NCBI GenBank assembly: GCA_040954595.2
Contig: CM082595.2
Location: 9,289,918-9,353,917 of the forward strand
Origin: Balanoglossus misakiensis
Taxonomy: Eukaryota; Animalia; Hemichordata
DNA: 64,000 nucleotides
Direction: 5' to 3'
The notes under the pieces were generated by a model, which did no database searches, was not told where the DNA came from, and worked only from the letters and a program-made list of their open reading frames with translations. Shown here piece after piece: positions 11,201-26,200 of this stretch. The position numbers and the translations under genes are program-made. Numbering within the stretch: position 1 is the stretch's first letter; each line of letters begins with the position of its first letter.

Positions 11201-14200
11201 GTGAAAATCATCAAAAAATGACAAATTTTCGTCTTTGCAAAATCTCACAATTTCGTCGATTTTTGAAAAAAATCATGTGTGAAAATCATCAAAAAATGAC
11301 AAATTTTCGACTTTGCAAAATCTCAAAATTTCGTCAATTTTTGAAAAAAATCATGGGTGAAAATCATCAAAAAATGACAAATTTTCGTCTTTGCAAAATC
11401 TCAACATTTCGTCCATTTTTGAAAAAATCATGGGTGAAAATCATCAAAAAATGACAAATTTTCCTCTTTGCAAAATCTATAAATTTCGTCGATTTTTGAA
11501 AAATTTTAAACTTTGCAAAATCTCAAAATGTCGTCGATTTTTGAAAAAAATCATGGGGGAAAATCATCAAAAAATGACAAATTTTCGCCTGCAAAATCTC
11601 AAAATTTCGTCGATTTTTGAAATAAATCATTGTTGAAAATTATCAAAAATTGACAAATTTTCCTCTTTGCAAAATCTCAAAATTTCGTCGATTTTTTGAA
11701 AAAAGACGGGTGAAAATCATCTAAAAATGACAAATTTTCGACTTTGCAAAATCTCAAAATTTCGTTGATTTTTGAAAAAAATCATGGGGGAAAATCATCA
11801 AAAATGACAAATTTACGACTACAAAATCTCAAAATTACGTCGATTTGTGAAAAAAAAATCATGGGTGAAAATCATCAAAAAATGACAAATTTTCGTCTTT
11901 GCAAAATCTCAAAATTTCGTCCATTTTTGAAAAAAAATGGGTAAAAATCATCAAAAATGACAAATTTTCGTCTTTGCAAAATCTCAAATTTTCGTCGATT
12001 TTTAAAAAAAAAATCATGGTTGAAAATCATCAAAAAATGACAAAATTTTCGACTTTGTAAAATCACAAAATTTCGTCGATTTTGAAAAAAATCATAGGTT
12101 CGTCGATTTTTAAAAAAAAAAACATGGGTGAAAATCATCAAAAAATGACAAATTTTGAAAAAAAACGGTTGAAAATCATCAAAAAATGACACATTTTCGT
12201 CGACTTTGCAAAATCTCAAAATTTCGTCGATTTTTGAAAAAAATCATGGGGGAAAATCATGAAAAAATGACAAATTTTGAAAAAAAAAAACTGGTGAAAA
12301 TCATCAAAAAATGACACATTTACGACTTTGCAAAATCTCAAAATTTCGTCGATTTTTGAAAAAAAATCATGGGTGAAAATCATCAAAAAATGACAAATTT
12401 TCGTCTTTGCAAAATCTCAAAATTTCGTCCATTTTTGAAAAAAAATCATGGGTAAAAATCATCAAAAATGACAAATTTTCGTCTTTGCAAAATCTCAAAT
12501 TTTCGTCGATTTTTGAAAAAAAATCATGGTTGAAAATCATCAAAAAATGACAAAATTTTCGACTTTGTAAAATGACAAAATTTCGTCGATTTTTGAAAAA
12601 AAATCATGGTTGAAAATCATCAAAAAATGACAAAATTTTCGACTTTGCAAAATCACAAAATTTCGTCGATTTTTGAAAAAAATCATGGGTGAAAATCATG
12701 AAAAAATGACAAATTTTGAAAAAAAAACGGGTGAAAATCATCAAAAAATGACACATTTTCGACTTTGCAAAATCTCAACATTTAGTCGATTTTTGAAAAA
12801 AATCATGGTTGAAAATCATCAAAAAATGACAAAATTTTCGACTTTGCAAAATCTCAACATTTCGTCGATTTTTGAAAAAAATCATGGGTGAAAATCATCA
12901 AAAAATGACAAATTTTCGACTTTACAAAATCTCAACATTTCGTCGATTTTTGAAAAAAATCATGGGTGAAAATCATCAAAAAATGACAAATTTTCGACTT
13001 CGCAAAATCTCAAAATTTCGTCGATTTTTGAAAAAAATCATGGGTGAAAATCATCAAAAAATGACACATTTTCGACTTTGCAAAATCTCAAAATTTCGTC
13101 GATTTTTGAAAAAAAATCATGGGTGAAAATCATCAAAAAATGACAAATTTTCGACTTTGCAAAACCTCAAAATTTCGTCGATTTTGAAAAAAATCATAGG
13201 TTCGTCGATTTTAAAAAAAAAAACATGGGTGAAAATCATCAAAAAATGACAAATTTTCGACTTTGCAAAATCTCACAATTTCGTCGATTTTTGAAAAAAA
13301 TCATGGGAGAAAATCATCAAAAAATGACAAATTTTCGACTTTGCAAAATCTCAACATTTCGTCGATTTTTGAAAAAAATCATGGGTGAAAATCATCAAAA
13401 AATGACAAATTTTCGACTTTGCAAAATCTCAACATTTCGTCGATTTTTGAAAAAAGACATGGGTGAAAATCATCAAAAAATGACAAATTTTCGTCTTTGC
13501 AAAATCTCACAATTTCGTCGATTTTTGAAAAAAATCATGTGTGAAAATCATCAAAAAATGACAAATTTTCGACTTTGCAAAATCTCAAAATTTCGTCAAT
13601 TTTTGAAAAAATCATGGGTGAAAATCATCAAAAAATGACAAATTTTCGTCTTTGCAAAATCTCAACATTTCGTCCATTTAAAAAAAAAAACGGGGGAAAA
13701 TCATCAAAAAATGACAAATTTTCGACTTTGCAAAATCTCAAAATTTCGTCGATTTTTGAAAAAAATCATGGGTGAAAATCATCAAAAAATGACAAATTTT
13801 CGACTTTGCAAAATCTCAAAATTTCGTCAATTTTTGAAAAAATCATGGGTGAAAATCATCAAAAAATGACAAATTTTGAAAAAAAAACGGGTGAAAATCA
13901 TCAAAAAATGACACATTTTCGTCGACTTTGCAAAATCTCAAAATTTCGTCAATTTTTGAAAAAATCATGGGTGAAAATCATCAAAAAATGACAAATTTTC
14001 GTCTTTGCAAAATCTCAACATTTCGTCCATTTTAAAAAAAAAACGTGGGAAAATCATCAAAAAATGACAAATTTTCGACTTTGCAAAATCTCAAAATTTC
14101 GTCGATTTTTGAAAAAAATCATGGGTGAAAATCATCAAAAAATGACAAATTTTCGACTTTGCAAAATCTCAAAATTTCGTCAATTTTTGAAAAAATCATG

Positions 14201-17200
14201 GGTGAAAATCATCAAAAAATGACAAATTTTGAAAAAAAACGGGTGAAAATCATCAAAAAATGACACATTTTCGTCGACTTTGCAAAATCTCAAAATTTCG
14301 TCGATTTTTGAAAAAAATCATGGGGGAAAATCATGAAAAAATGACAAATTTTCCTCTTTGCAAAATCTCAAAATTTCGTCGATTTTTAAAAAAAGACATG
14401 GGTGAAAATCATCAAAAAATGACAAATTTTCGTCTTTGCAAAATCTCACAATTTCGTCGATTTTTGAAAAAAATCATGTGTGAAAATCATCAAAAAATGA
14501 CAAATTTTCGACTTTGCAAAATCTCAAAATTTCGTCAATTTTTGAAAAAAATCATGGGTGAAAATCATCAAAAAATGACAAATTTTCGTCTTTGCAAAAT
14601 CTCAACATTTCGTCCATTTTTGAAAAAATCATGGGTGAAAATCATCAAAAAATGACAAATTTTCCTCTTTGCAAAATCTATAAATTTCGTCGATTTTTGA
14701 AAAATTTTAAACTTTGCAAAATCTCAAAATGTCGTCGATTTTTGAAAAAAATCATGGGGGAAAATCATCAAAAAATGACAAATTTTCGACTGCAAAATCT
14801 CAAAATTTCGTCGATTTTTGAAATAAATCATTGTTGAAAATTATCAAAAATTGACAAATTTTCCTCTTTGCAAAATTTCAAAATTTCGTCGATTTTTTGA
14901 AAAAAGACGGGTGAAAATCATCTAAAAATGACAAATTTTCGTCGACTTTGCAAAATCTCAAAATTTCGTCAATTTTTGAAAAAATCATGGGTGAAAATCA
15001 TCAAAAAATGACAAATTTTCGTCTTTGCAAAATCTCAACATTTCGTCCATTTTAAAAAAAAAACGTGGGAAAATCATCAAAAAATGACAAATTTTCGACT
15101 TTGCAAAATCTCAAAATTTCGTCGATTTTTGAAAAAAATCATGGGTGAAAATCATCAAAAAATGACAAATTTTCGACTTTGCAAAATCTCAAAATTTCGT
15201 CAATTTTTGAAAAAATCATGGGTGAAAATCATCAAAAAATGACAAATTTTGAAAAAAAAACGGGTGAAAATCATCAAAAAATGACACATTTTCGTCGACT
15301 TTGCAAAATCTCAAAATTTCGTCGATTTTTGAAAAAAATCATGGGGGAAAATCATGAAAAAATGACAAATTTTCCTCTTTGCAAAATCTCAAAATTTCGT
15401 CGATTTTTAAAAAAAGACATGGGTGAAAATCATCAAAAAATGACAAATTTTCGTCTTTGCAAAATCTCACAATTTCGTCGATTTTTGAAAAAAATCATGT
15501 GTGAAAATCATCAAAAAATGACAAATTTTCGACTTTGCAAAATCTCAAAATTTCGTCAATTTTTGAAAAAAATCATGGGTGAAAATCATCAAAAAATGAC
15601 AAATTTTCGTCTTTGCAAAATCTCAACATTTCGTCCATTTTTGAAAAAATCATGGGTGAAAATCATCAAAAAATGACAAATTTTCCTCTTTGCAAAATCT
15701 ATAAATTTCGTCGATTTTTGAAAAATTTTAAACTTTGCAAAATCTCAAAATGTCGTCGATTTTTGAAAAAAATCATGGGGGAAAATCATCAAAAAATGAC
15801 AAATTTTCGACTGCAAAATCTCAAAATTTCGTCGATTTTTGAAATAAATCATTGTTGAAAATTATCAAAAATTGACAAATTTTCCTCTTTGCAAAATTTC
15901 AAAATTTCGTCGATTTTTTGAAAAAAGACGGGTGAAAATCATCTAAAAATGACAAATTTTCGTCGACTTTGCAAAATCTCAAAATTTCGTCAATTTTTGA
16001 AAAAATCATGGGTGAAAATCATCAAAAAATGACAAATTTTCGTCTTTGCAAAATCTCAACATTTCGTCCATTTTAAAAAAAAAACGTGGGAAAATCATCA
16101 AAAAATGACAAATTTTCGACTTTGCAAAATCTCAAAATTTCGTCGATTTTTGAAAAAAATCATGGGTGAAAATCATCAAAAAATGACAAATTTTCGACTT
16201 TGCAAAATCTCAAAATTTCGTCAATTTTTGAAAAAATCATGGGTGAAAATCATCAAAAAATGACAAATTTTGAAAAAAAAACGGGTGAAAATCATCAAAA
16301 AATGACACATTTTCGTCGACTTTGCAAAATCTCAAAATTTCGTCGATTTTTGAAAAAAATCATGGGGGAAAATCATGAAAAAATGACAAATTTTCCTCTT
16401 TGCAAAATCTCAAAATTTCGTCGATTTTTAAAAAAAGACATGGGTGAAAATCATCAAAAAATGACAAATTTTCGTCTTTGCAAAATCTCACAATTTCGTC
16501 GATTTTTGAAAAAAATCATGTGTGAAAATCATCAAAAAATGACAAATTTTCGACTTTGCAAAATCTCAAAATTTCGTCAATTTTTGAAAAAAATCATGGG
16601 TGAAAATCATCAAAAAATGACAAATTTTCGTCTTTGCAAAATCTCAACATTTCGTCCATTTTTGAAAAAATCATGGGTGAAAATCATCAAAAAATGACAA
16701 ATTTTCCTCTTTGCAAAATCTATAAATTTCGTCGATTTTTGAAAAATTTTAAACTTTGCAAAATCTCAAAATGTCGTCGATTTTTGAAAAAAATCATGGG
16801 GGAAAATCATCAAAAAATGACAAATTTTCGACTGCAAAATCTCAAAATTTCGTCGATTTTTGAAATAAATCATTGTTGAAAATTATCAAAAATTGACAAA
16901 TTTTCCTCTTTGCAAAATTTCAAAATTTCGTCGATTTTTTGAAAAAAGACGGGTGAAAATCATCTAAAAATGACAAATTTTCGACTTTGCAAAATCTCAA
17001 AATTTCGTTGATTTTTGAAAAAAATCATGGGGGAAAATCATCAAAAATGACAAATTTACGACTACAAAATCTCAAAATTACGTCGATTTGTGAAAAAAAA
17101 ATCATGGGTGAAAATCATCAAAAAATGACAAATTTTCGTCTTTGCAAAATCTCAAAATTTCGTCCATTTTTGAAAAAAAATGGGTAAAAATCATCAAAAA

Positions 17201-20200
17201 TGACAAATTTTCGTCTTTGCAAAATCTCAAATTTTCGTCGATTTTTGAAAAAAAATCATGGTTGAAAATCATCAAAAAATGACAAAATTTTCGACTTTGT
17301 AAAATCACAAAATTTCGTCGATTTTGAAAAAAATCATAGGTTCGTCGATTTTTTAAAAAAAAAACATGGGTGAAAATCATCAAAAAATGACAAATTTTGA
17401 AAAAAAACGGTTGAAAATCATCAAAAAATGACACATTTTCGTCGACTTTGCAAAATCTCAAAATTTCGTCGATTTTTGAAAAAAATCATGGGGGAAAATC
17501 ATGAAAAAATGACAAATTTTGAAAAAAAAAAACTGGTGAAAATCATCAAAAAATGACACATTTACGACTTTGCAAAATCTCAAAATTTCGTCGATTTTTG
17601 AAAAAAAATCATGGGTGAAAATCATCAAAAAATGACAAATTTTCGTCTTTGCAAAATCTCAAAATTTCGTCCATTTTTGAAAAAAAATCATGGGTAAAAA
17701 TCATCAAAAATGACAAATTTTCGTCTTTGCAAAATCTCAAATTTTCGTCGATTTTTGAAAAAAAATCATGGTTGAAAATCATCAAAAAATGACAAAATTT
17801 TCGACTTTGTAAAATGACAAAATTTCGTCGATTTTTGAAAAAAAATCATGGTTGAAAATCATCAAAAAATGACAAAATTTTCGACTTTGCAAAATCACAA
17901 AATTTCGTCGATTTTTGAAAAAAATCATGGGTGAAAATCATGAAAAAATGACAAATTTTGAAAAAAAAACGGGTGAAAATCATCAAAAAATGACACATTT
18001 TCGACTTTGCAAAATCTCAACATTTAGTCGATTTTTGAAAAAAATCATGGTTGAAAATCATCAAAAAATGACAAAATTTTCGACTTTGCAAAATCTCAAC
18101 ATTTCGTCGATTTTTGAAAAAAATCATGGGTGAAAATCATCAAAAAATGACAAATTTTCGACTTTGCAAAATCTGAAAATTTCGTCGATTTTTGAAAAAA
18201 ATCATGGGTGAAAATCATCAAAAAATGACAAATTTTCGACTTCGCAAAATCTCAAAATTTCGTCGATTTTTGAAAAAAATCATGGGTGAAAATCATCAAA
18301 AAATGACACATTTTCGACTTTGCAAAATCTCAAAATTTCGTCGATTTTTGAAAAAAAATCATGGGTGAAAATCATCAAAAAATGACAAATTTTGAAAAAA
18401 AACGGGTGAAAATCATCAAAAAATGACACATTTTCGACTTTGCAAAATCTCAAAATTTCGTCGATTTTTGAAAAAAAATCATGGGTGAAAATCATCAAAA
18501 AATGACAAATTTTGAAAAAAAACGGGTGAAAATCATCAAAAAATGACACATTTTCGACTTTGCAAAATCTCAAAATTTCGTCGATTTTTGAAAAAAAATC
18601 ATGGGTGAAAATCATCAAAAAATGACAAATTTTCGTCTTTGCAAAATCTCAAAATTTCGTCCATTTTTGAAAAAAAATCATGGGGGAAAATCATCAAAAA
18701 ATGACAAATTTTCGACTTTGCAAAATCTCAAAATTTCGTCGATTTTGAAAAAAACCATTGGGGGAAAATCATCAAAAAATGACAAATTTTCGATTTTGCA
18801 AAATCTCAAAATTTCGTCGATTTTAGAAAAAAAATCATGGTTGAAAATCATCAAAAAATGACAAAATTTTCGACTTTGCAAAATCACAAAATTTCGTCTA
18901 TTTTGAAAAAAATCATAGGTTCGTCGATTTTAAAAAAAAAACATGGGTGAAAATCATCAAAAAATGACACATTTTCGACTTTGCAAAATCTCAACATTTC
19001 GTCGATTTTTGAAAAAAATCATGGGTGAAAATCATCAAAAAATGACAAATTTTCGACTTTGCAAAATCTCAAAATTTCGTCGATTTTTGAAAAAAATCAT
19101 GGGTGAAAATCATGAAAAAATGACAAATTTTGAAAAAAAAACGGGTGAAAATCGTCAAAAAATGACACATTTTCGACTTTGCAAAATCTCAAAATTTCGT
19201 CGATTTTTGAAAAAAAATCATGGGTGAAAACCATCAAAAAATGACAAATTTTCGACTTTGCAAAATCTCAAAATTTCGTCGATTTTTGAAGAAAATCATG
19301 GGTGAAAATCATGAAAAAATGACAAATTTTGAAAAAAAAACGGGTGAAAATCATCAAAAAATGACACATTTTCGACTTTGCAAAATCTCAACATTTAGTC
19401 GATTTTTGAAAAAAATCATGGTTGAAAATCATCAAAAAATGACAAAATTTTCGACTTTGCAAAATCTCAACATTTCGTCGATTTTTGAAAAAAATCATGG
19501 GTGAAAATCATCAAAAAATGACAAATTTTCGACTTTGCAAAATCTCAAAATTTCGTCGATTTTTGAAAAAAATCATGGGTGAAAATCATCAAAAAATGAC
19601 ACATTTTCGACTTTGCAAAATCTCAAAATTTCGTCGATTTTTGAAAAAAAATCATGGGTGAAAATCATCAAAAAATGACAAATTTTGAAAAAAAACGGGT
19701 GAAAATCATCAAAAAATGACACATTTTCGACTTTGCAAAATCTCAAAATTTCGTCGATTTTTGAAAAAAAATCATGGGTGAAAATCATCAAAAAATGACA
19801 AATTTTGAAAAAAAACGGGTGAAAATCATCAAAAAATGACACATTTTCGACTTTGCAAAATCTCAAAATTTCGTCGATTTTTGAAAAAAAATCATGGGTG
19901 AAAATCATCAAAAAATGACAAATTTTCGTCTTTGCAAAATCTCAAAATTTCGTCCATTTTTGAAAAAAAATCATGGGGAAAATCATCAAAAAATGACAAA
20001 TTTTCGACTTTGCAAAATCTCAAAATTTCGTCGATTTTGAAAAAAACCATTGGGGGAAAATCATCAAAAAATGACAAATTTTCGATTTTGCAAAATCTCA
20101 AAATTTCGTCGATTTTTGAAAAAAAATCATGGTTGAAAATCATCAAAAAATGACAAAATTTTCGACTTTGCAAAATCACAAAATTTCGTCTATTTTGAAA

Positions 20201-23200
20201 AAAATCATAGGTTCGTCGATTTTAAAAAAAAAACATGGGTGAAAATCATCAAAAAATGACACATTTTCGACTTTGCAAAATCTCAACATTTCGTCGATTT
20301 TTGAAAAAAATCATGGGTGAAAATCATCAAAAAATGACAAATTTTCGACTTTGCAAAATCTCAAAATTTCGTCGATTTTTGAAAAAAATCATGGGTGAAA
20401 ATCATGAAAAAATGACAAATTTTGAAAAAAAAACGGGTGAAAATCGTCAAAAAATGACACATTTTCGACTTTGCAAAATCTCAAAATTTCGTCGATTTTT
20501 GAAAAAAAATCATGGGTGAAAACCATCAAAAAATGACAAATTTTCGACTTTGCAAAATCTCAAAATTTCGTCGATTTTTGAAGAAAATCATGGGTGAAAA
20601 TCATCAAAAAATGACAAATTTTCGACTTTGCAAAATCTCAAAATTTCGTCGATTTTTGAAAAAAATCATGGGGGAAAATCATCAAAAAATTACAAATTTT
20701 CGACTGCAAAATCTCAAAATTTCGTCGATTTTTGAAAAAATCATGGGTGAAAATCATGAAAAAATGACAAATTTTCGACTTTGCAAAATCTGAAAATTTC
20801 GTCGATTTTTGAAAAAAATCATGGGGGAAAATGATCAAAAAATGACAAATTTTCGACTGCAAAATCTCAAAATTTCGTCAATTTTGAAAAAAATCATGGG
20901 TGAAAATCTTCAAAAAATGACAATTTTTTTACTGCAAAATCTCAAAATTTCATCGATTTTTGAAAAAAATCATGGGTGAAAATCATCAAAAAATGATAAA
21001 TTTTCGACTTTGCAAAATCTCAAAATTTCGTCGATTTTTGAAGAAAATCAAGGGTGAAAATCATCAAAAAATGACAAAATTTTCGACTTTGTAAAATCAC
21101 AAAATTTCGTCGATTTTTGAAAAAAAATCATGGTTGAAAATCATCAAAAAATGACAAAATTTTCGACTTTGAAAAATCACAAAATTTCGTCGATTTTTGA
21201 AAAAAATCATGGGTGAAAATCATGAAAAAATGACAAATTTTGAAAAAAATCATGGGTGAAAATCTTCAAAAAATGACAATTTTTTTACTGCAAAATCTCA
21301 AAATTTCATCGATTTTTGAAAAAAATCATGGGTGAAAATCATCAAAAAATGACACATTTTCGACTTTGCAAAATCTCAACATTTAGTCGATTTTTGAAAA
21401 AAATCATGGTTGAAAATCATCAAAAAATGACAAAATTTTCGACTTTGCAAAATCTCAACATTTCGTCGATTTTTGAAAAAAAATCATGGGTGAAAATCAT
21501 CAAAAAATGACAAATTTTCGACTTTGCAAAATCTCAACATTTCGTCGATTTTTGAAAAAAATCATGGGTGAAAATCATCAAAAAATGACAAATTTTCGAC
21601 TTCGCAAAATCTCAAAATTTCGTCGATTTTTGAAAAAAATCATGGGTGAAAATCATCAAAAAATGACACATTTTCGACTTTGCAAAATCTCAAAATTTCG
21701 TCGATTTTTGAAAAAAAATCATGGGTGAAAATCATCAAAAAATGACAAATTTTGAAAAAAAAACGGGTGAAAATCATCAAAAAATGACACATTTTCGACT
21801 TTGCAAAATCTCAAAATTTCGTCGATTTTTGAAGAAAATCATGGGTGAAAATCATCAAAAAATGACAAATTTTCGACTTTGCAAAATCTCAAAATTTCGT
21901 CGATTTTTGAAAAAAATCATGGGGGAAAATCATCAAAAAATTACAAATTTTCGACTGCAAAATCTCAAAATTTCGTCGATTTTTGAAAAAATCATGGGTG
22001 AAAATCATGAAAAAATGACAAATTTTCGACTTTGCAAAATCTGAAAATTTCGTCGATTTTTGAAAAAAATCATGGGGGAAAATGATCAAAAAATGACAAA
22101 TTTTCGACTGCAAAATCTCAAAATTTCGTCAATTTTGAAAAAAATCATGGGTGAAAATCATCAAAAAATGACAATTTTTTTACTGCAAAATCTCAAAATT
22201 TCATCGATTTTTGAAAAAAATCATGGGTGAAAATCATCAAAAAATGATAAATTTTCGACTTTGCAAAATCTCAAAATTTCGTCGATTTTTGAAGAAAATC
22301 AAGGGTGAAAATCATCAAAAAATGACAAAATTTTCGACTTTGTAAAATCACAAAATTTCGTCGATTTTTGAAAAAAAATCATGGTTGAAAATCATCAAAA
22401 AATGACAAAATTTTCGACTTTGAAAAATCACAAAATTTCGTCGATTTTTGAAAAAAATCATGGGTGAAAATCATGAAAAAATGACAAATTTTGAAAAAAA
22501 AATGGGTGAAAATCATCAAAAAATGACACATTTTCGACTTTGCAAAATCTCAACATTTAGTCGATTTTTGAAAAAAATCATGGTTGAAAATCATCAAAAA
22601 ATGACAAAAATTTTCGACTTTGCAAAATCTCAACATTTCGTCGATTTTTGAAAAAAATCATGGGTGAAAATCATCAAAAAATGACAAATTTTCGACTTTG
22701 CAAAATCTCAACATTTCGTTGATTTTTGAAAAAAATCATGGGTGAAAATCATCAAAAAATGACAAATTTTCGACTTTGCAAAATCTCAAAATTTCGTCGA
22801 TTTTGAAAAAAACCATTGGGGGGAAAATCATCAAAAAATGACAAATTTACGATTTTGCAAAATCTCAAAATTTCGTCGATTTTTGAAAAAAAATCATGGT
22901 TGAAAATCATCAAAAAATGACAAAATTTTCGACTTTGCAAAATCACAAAATTTCGTCTATTTTGAAAAAAATCATAGGTTCGTCGATTTTAAAAAAAAAA
23001 CATGGGTGAAAATCATCAAAAAATGACACATTTTCGACTTTGCAAAATCTCAAAATTTCGTCGATTTTTGAAAAAAATCATGGGTGAAAATCATCAAAAA
23101 ATGACAAATTTTCGACTTTGCAAAATCTCAAAATTTCGTCGATTTTTGAAAAAAATCATGGGTGAAAATCATGTAAAAATGAAAAATTTTGAAAAAAAAA

Positions 23201-26200
23201 CGGGTGAAAATCGTCAAAAAATGACACATTTTCGACTTTGCAAAATCTCAAAATTTCGTCGATTTTTGAAAAAAAATCATGGGTGAAAACCATCAAAAAA
23301 TGACAAATTTTCGACTTTGCAAAATCTCAAAATTTCGTCGATTTTTGAAAAAAATCATGGGTGAAAATCATCAAAAAATGACAAATTTTCGACTTTGCAA
23401 AATCTCAAAATTTCGTCGATTTTTGAAGAAAATCATGGGTGAAAATCATCAAAAAATGACAAATTTTCGACTTTGCAAAATCTCAAAATTTCGTCGATTT
23501 TTGAAAAAAATCATGGGGGAAAATCATCAAAAAATTACAAATTTTCGACTGCAAAATCTCAAAATTTCGTCGATTTTTGAAAAAATCATGGGTGAAAATC
23601 ATGAAAAAATGACAAATTTTCGACTTTGCAAAATCTCAAAATTTCGTCGATTTTTGAAAAAAATCATAGGTGAAAATCATGAAAAAATGACAAACTTTGA
23701 AAAAAAAACGGGTGAAAATCGTCAAAAAATGACACATTTTCGACTTTGCAAAATCTCAAAATTTCGTCGATTTTTGAAAAAAAATCATGGGTGAAAACCA
23801 TCAAAAAATGACAAATTTTCGACTTTGCAAAATCTCAAAATTTCGTCGATTTTTGAAGAAAATCATGGGTGAAAATCATCAAAAAATGACAAATTTTCGA
23901 CTGCAAAATCTCAAAATTTCGTCGATTTTTGAAAAAAATCATGGGGGAAAATCATCAAAAAATTACAAATTTTCGACTGCAAAATCTCAAAATTTCGTCG
24001 ATTTTTGAAAAAATCATGGGTGAAAATCATCAAAAAATTACAAATTTTCGACTGCAAAATCTCAAAATTTCGTCGATTTTTGAAAAAAATCATGGGGGAA
24101 AATGATCAAAAAATGACAAATTTTCGACTGCAAAATCTCAAAATTTCGTCAATTTTGAAAAAAATCATGGGTGAAAATCATCAAAAAATGACAATTTTTT
24201 TACTGCAAAATCTCAAAATTTCATCGATTTTTGAAAAAAATCATGGGTGAAAATCATCAAAAAATGATAAATTTTCGACTTTGCAAAATCTCAAAATTTC
24301 GTCGATTTTTGAAGAAAATCAAGGGTGAAAATCATCAAAAAATGACAAAATTTTCGACTTTGTAAAATCACAAAATTTCGTCGATTTTTGAAAAAAAATC
24401 ATGAATGAAAATCATCAAAAAATGACAAAATTTTCGACTTTGAAAAATCACAAAATTTCGTCGATTTTTGAAAAAAATCATGGGTGAAAATCATGAAAAA
24501 ATGACAAATTTTGAAAAAAACCGGGTGAAAATCATCAAAAAATGACACATTTTCGACTTTGCAAAATCTCAACATTTAGTCGATTTTTGAAAAAAATCAT
24601 GGTTGAAAATCATCAAAAAATGACAAAATTTTCGACTTTGCAAAATCTCAACATTTCGTCGATTTTTGAAAAAAAATCATGGGTGAAAATCATCAAAAAA
24701 TGACAAATTTTCGACTTTGCAAAATCTCAACATTTCGTCGATTTTTGAAAAAAATCATGGGTGAAAATCATCAAAAAATGACAAATTTTCGACTTCGCAA
24801 AATCTCAAAATTTCGTCGATTTTTGAAAAAAATCATGGGTGAAAATCATCAAAAAATGACACATTTTCGACTTTGCAAAATCTCAAAATTTCGTCGATTT
24901 TTGAAAAAAAATCATGGGTGAAAATCATCAAAAAATGACAAATTTTGAAAAAAAACGGGTGAAAATCATCAAAAAATGACACATTTTCGACTTTGCAAAA
25001 TCTCAAAATTTCGTCGATTTTTGAAAAAAATCATGGGGGAAAATCATCAAAAAATTACAAATTTTCGACTGCAAAATCTCAAAATTTCGTCGATTTTTGA
25101 AAAAATCATGGGTGAAAATCATGAAAAAATGACAAATTTTCGACTTTGCAAAATCTGAAAATTTCGTCGATTTTTGAAAAAAATCATGGGGGAAAATGAT
25201 CAAAAAATGACAAATTTTCGACTGCAAAATCTCAAAATTTCGTCAATTTTGAAAAAAATCATGGGTGAAAATCATCAAAAAATGACAATTTTTTTACTGC
25301 AAAATCTCAAAATTTCGTCGATTTTTGAAAAAAATCATGGGTGAAAATCATCAAAAAATGACAAATTTTCGTCTTTGCAAAATCTCAAATTTTCGTCGAT
25401 TTTTGAAAAAAAATCATGGTTGAAAATCATCAAAAAATGACAAAATTTTCGACTTTGAAAAATCACAAAATTTCGTCGATTTTTGAAAAAAAATCATGGG
25501 TGAAAATCATGAAAAAATGACAAATTTTGAAAAAAAAACGGGTGAAAATCATCAAAAAATGACACATTTTCGACTTTGCAAAATCTCAACATTTCGTCGA
25601 TTTTTTAAAAAAAATTGTTGAAAATCATCAAAAAATGACAAATTTTCGACTTCGCAAAATCTCAAAATTTCGTCGATTTTTGAAAAAAATCATGGGTGAA
25701 AATCATCAAAAAATGACACATTTTCGACTTTGCAAAATCTCAAAATTTCGTCGATTTTTGAAAAAAAATCATGGGTGAAAATCATCAAAAAATGACAAAT
25801 TTTGAAAAAAAACGGGTGAAAATCATCAAAAAATGACACATTTTCGACTTTGCAAAATCTCAAAATTTCGTCGATTTTTGAAGAAAATCATGGGTGAAAA
25901 TCATCAAAAAATGACAAATTTTCGACTTTGCAAAATCTCAAAATTTCGTCGATTTTTGAAAAAAATCATGGGGGAAAATCATCAAAAAATTACAAATTTT
26001 CGACTGCAAAATCTCAAAATTTCGTCGATTTTTGAAAAAATCATGGGTGAAAATCATGAAAAAATGACAAATTTTCGACTTTGCAAAATCTGAAAATTTC
26101 GTCGATTTTTGGAAAAAACATGGGGGAAAATGATCAAAAAATGACAAATTTTCGACTGCAAAATCTCAAAATTTCGTCAATTTTGAAAAAAATCATGGGT

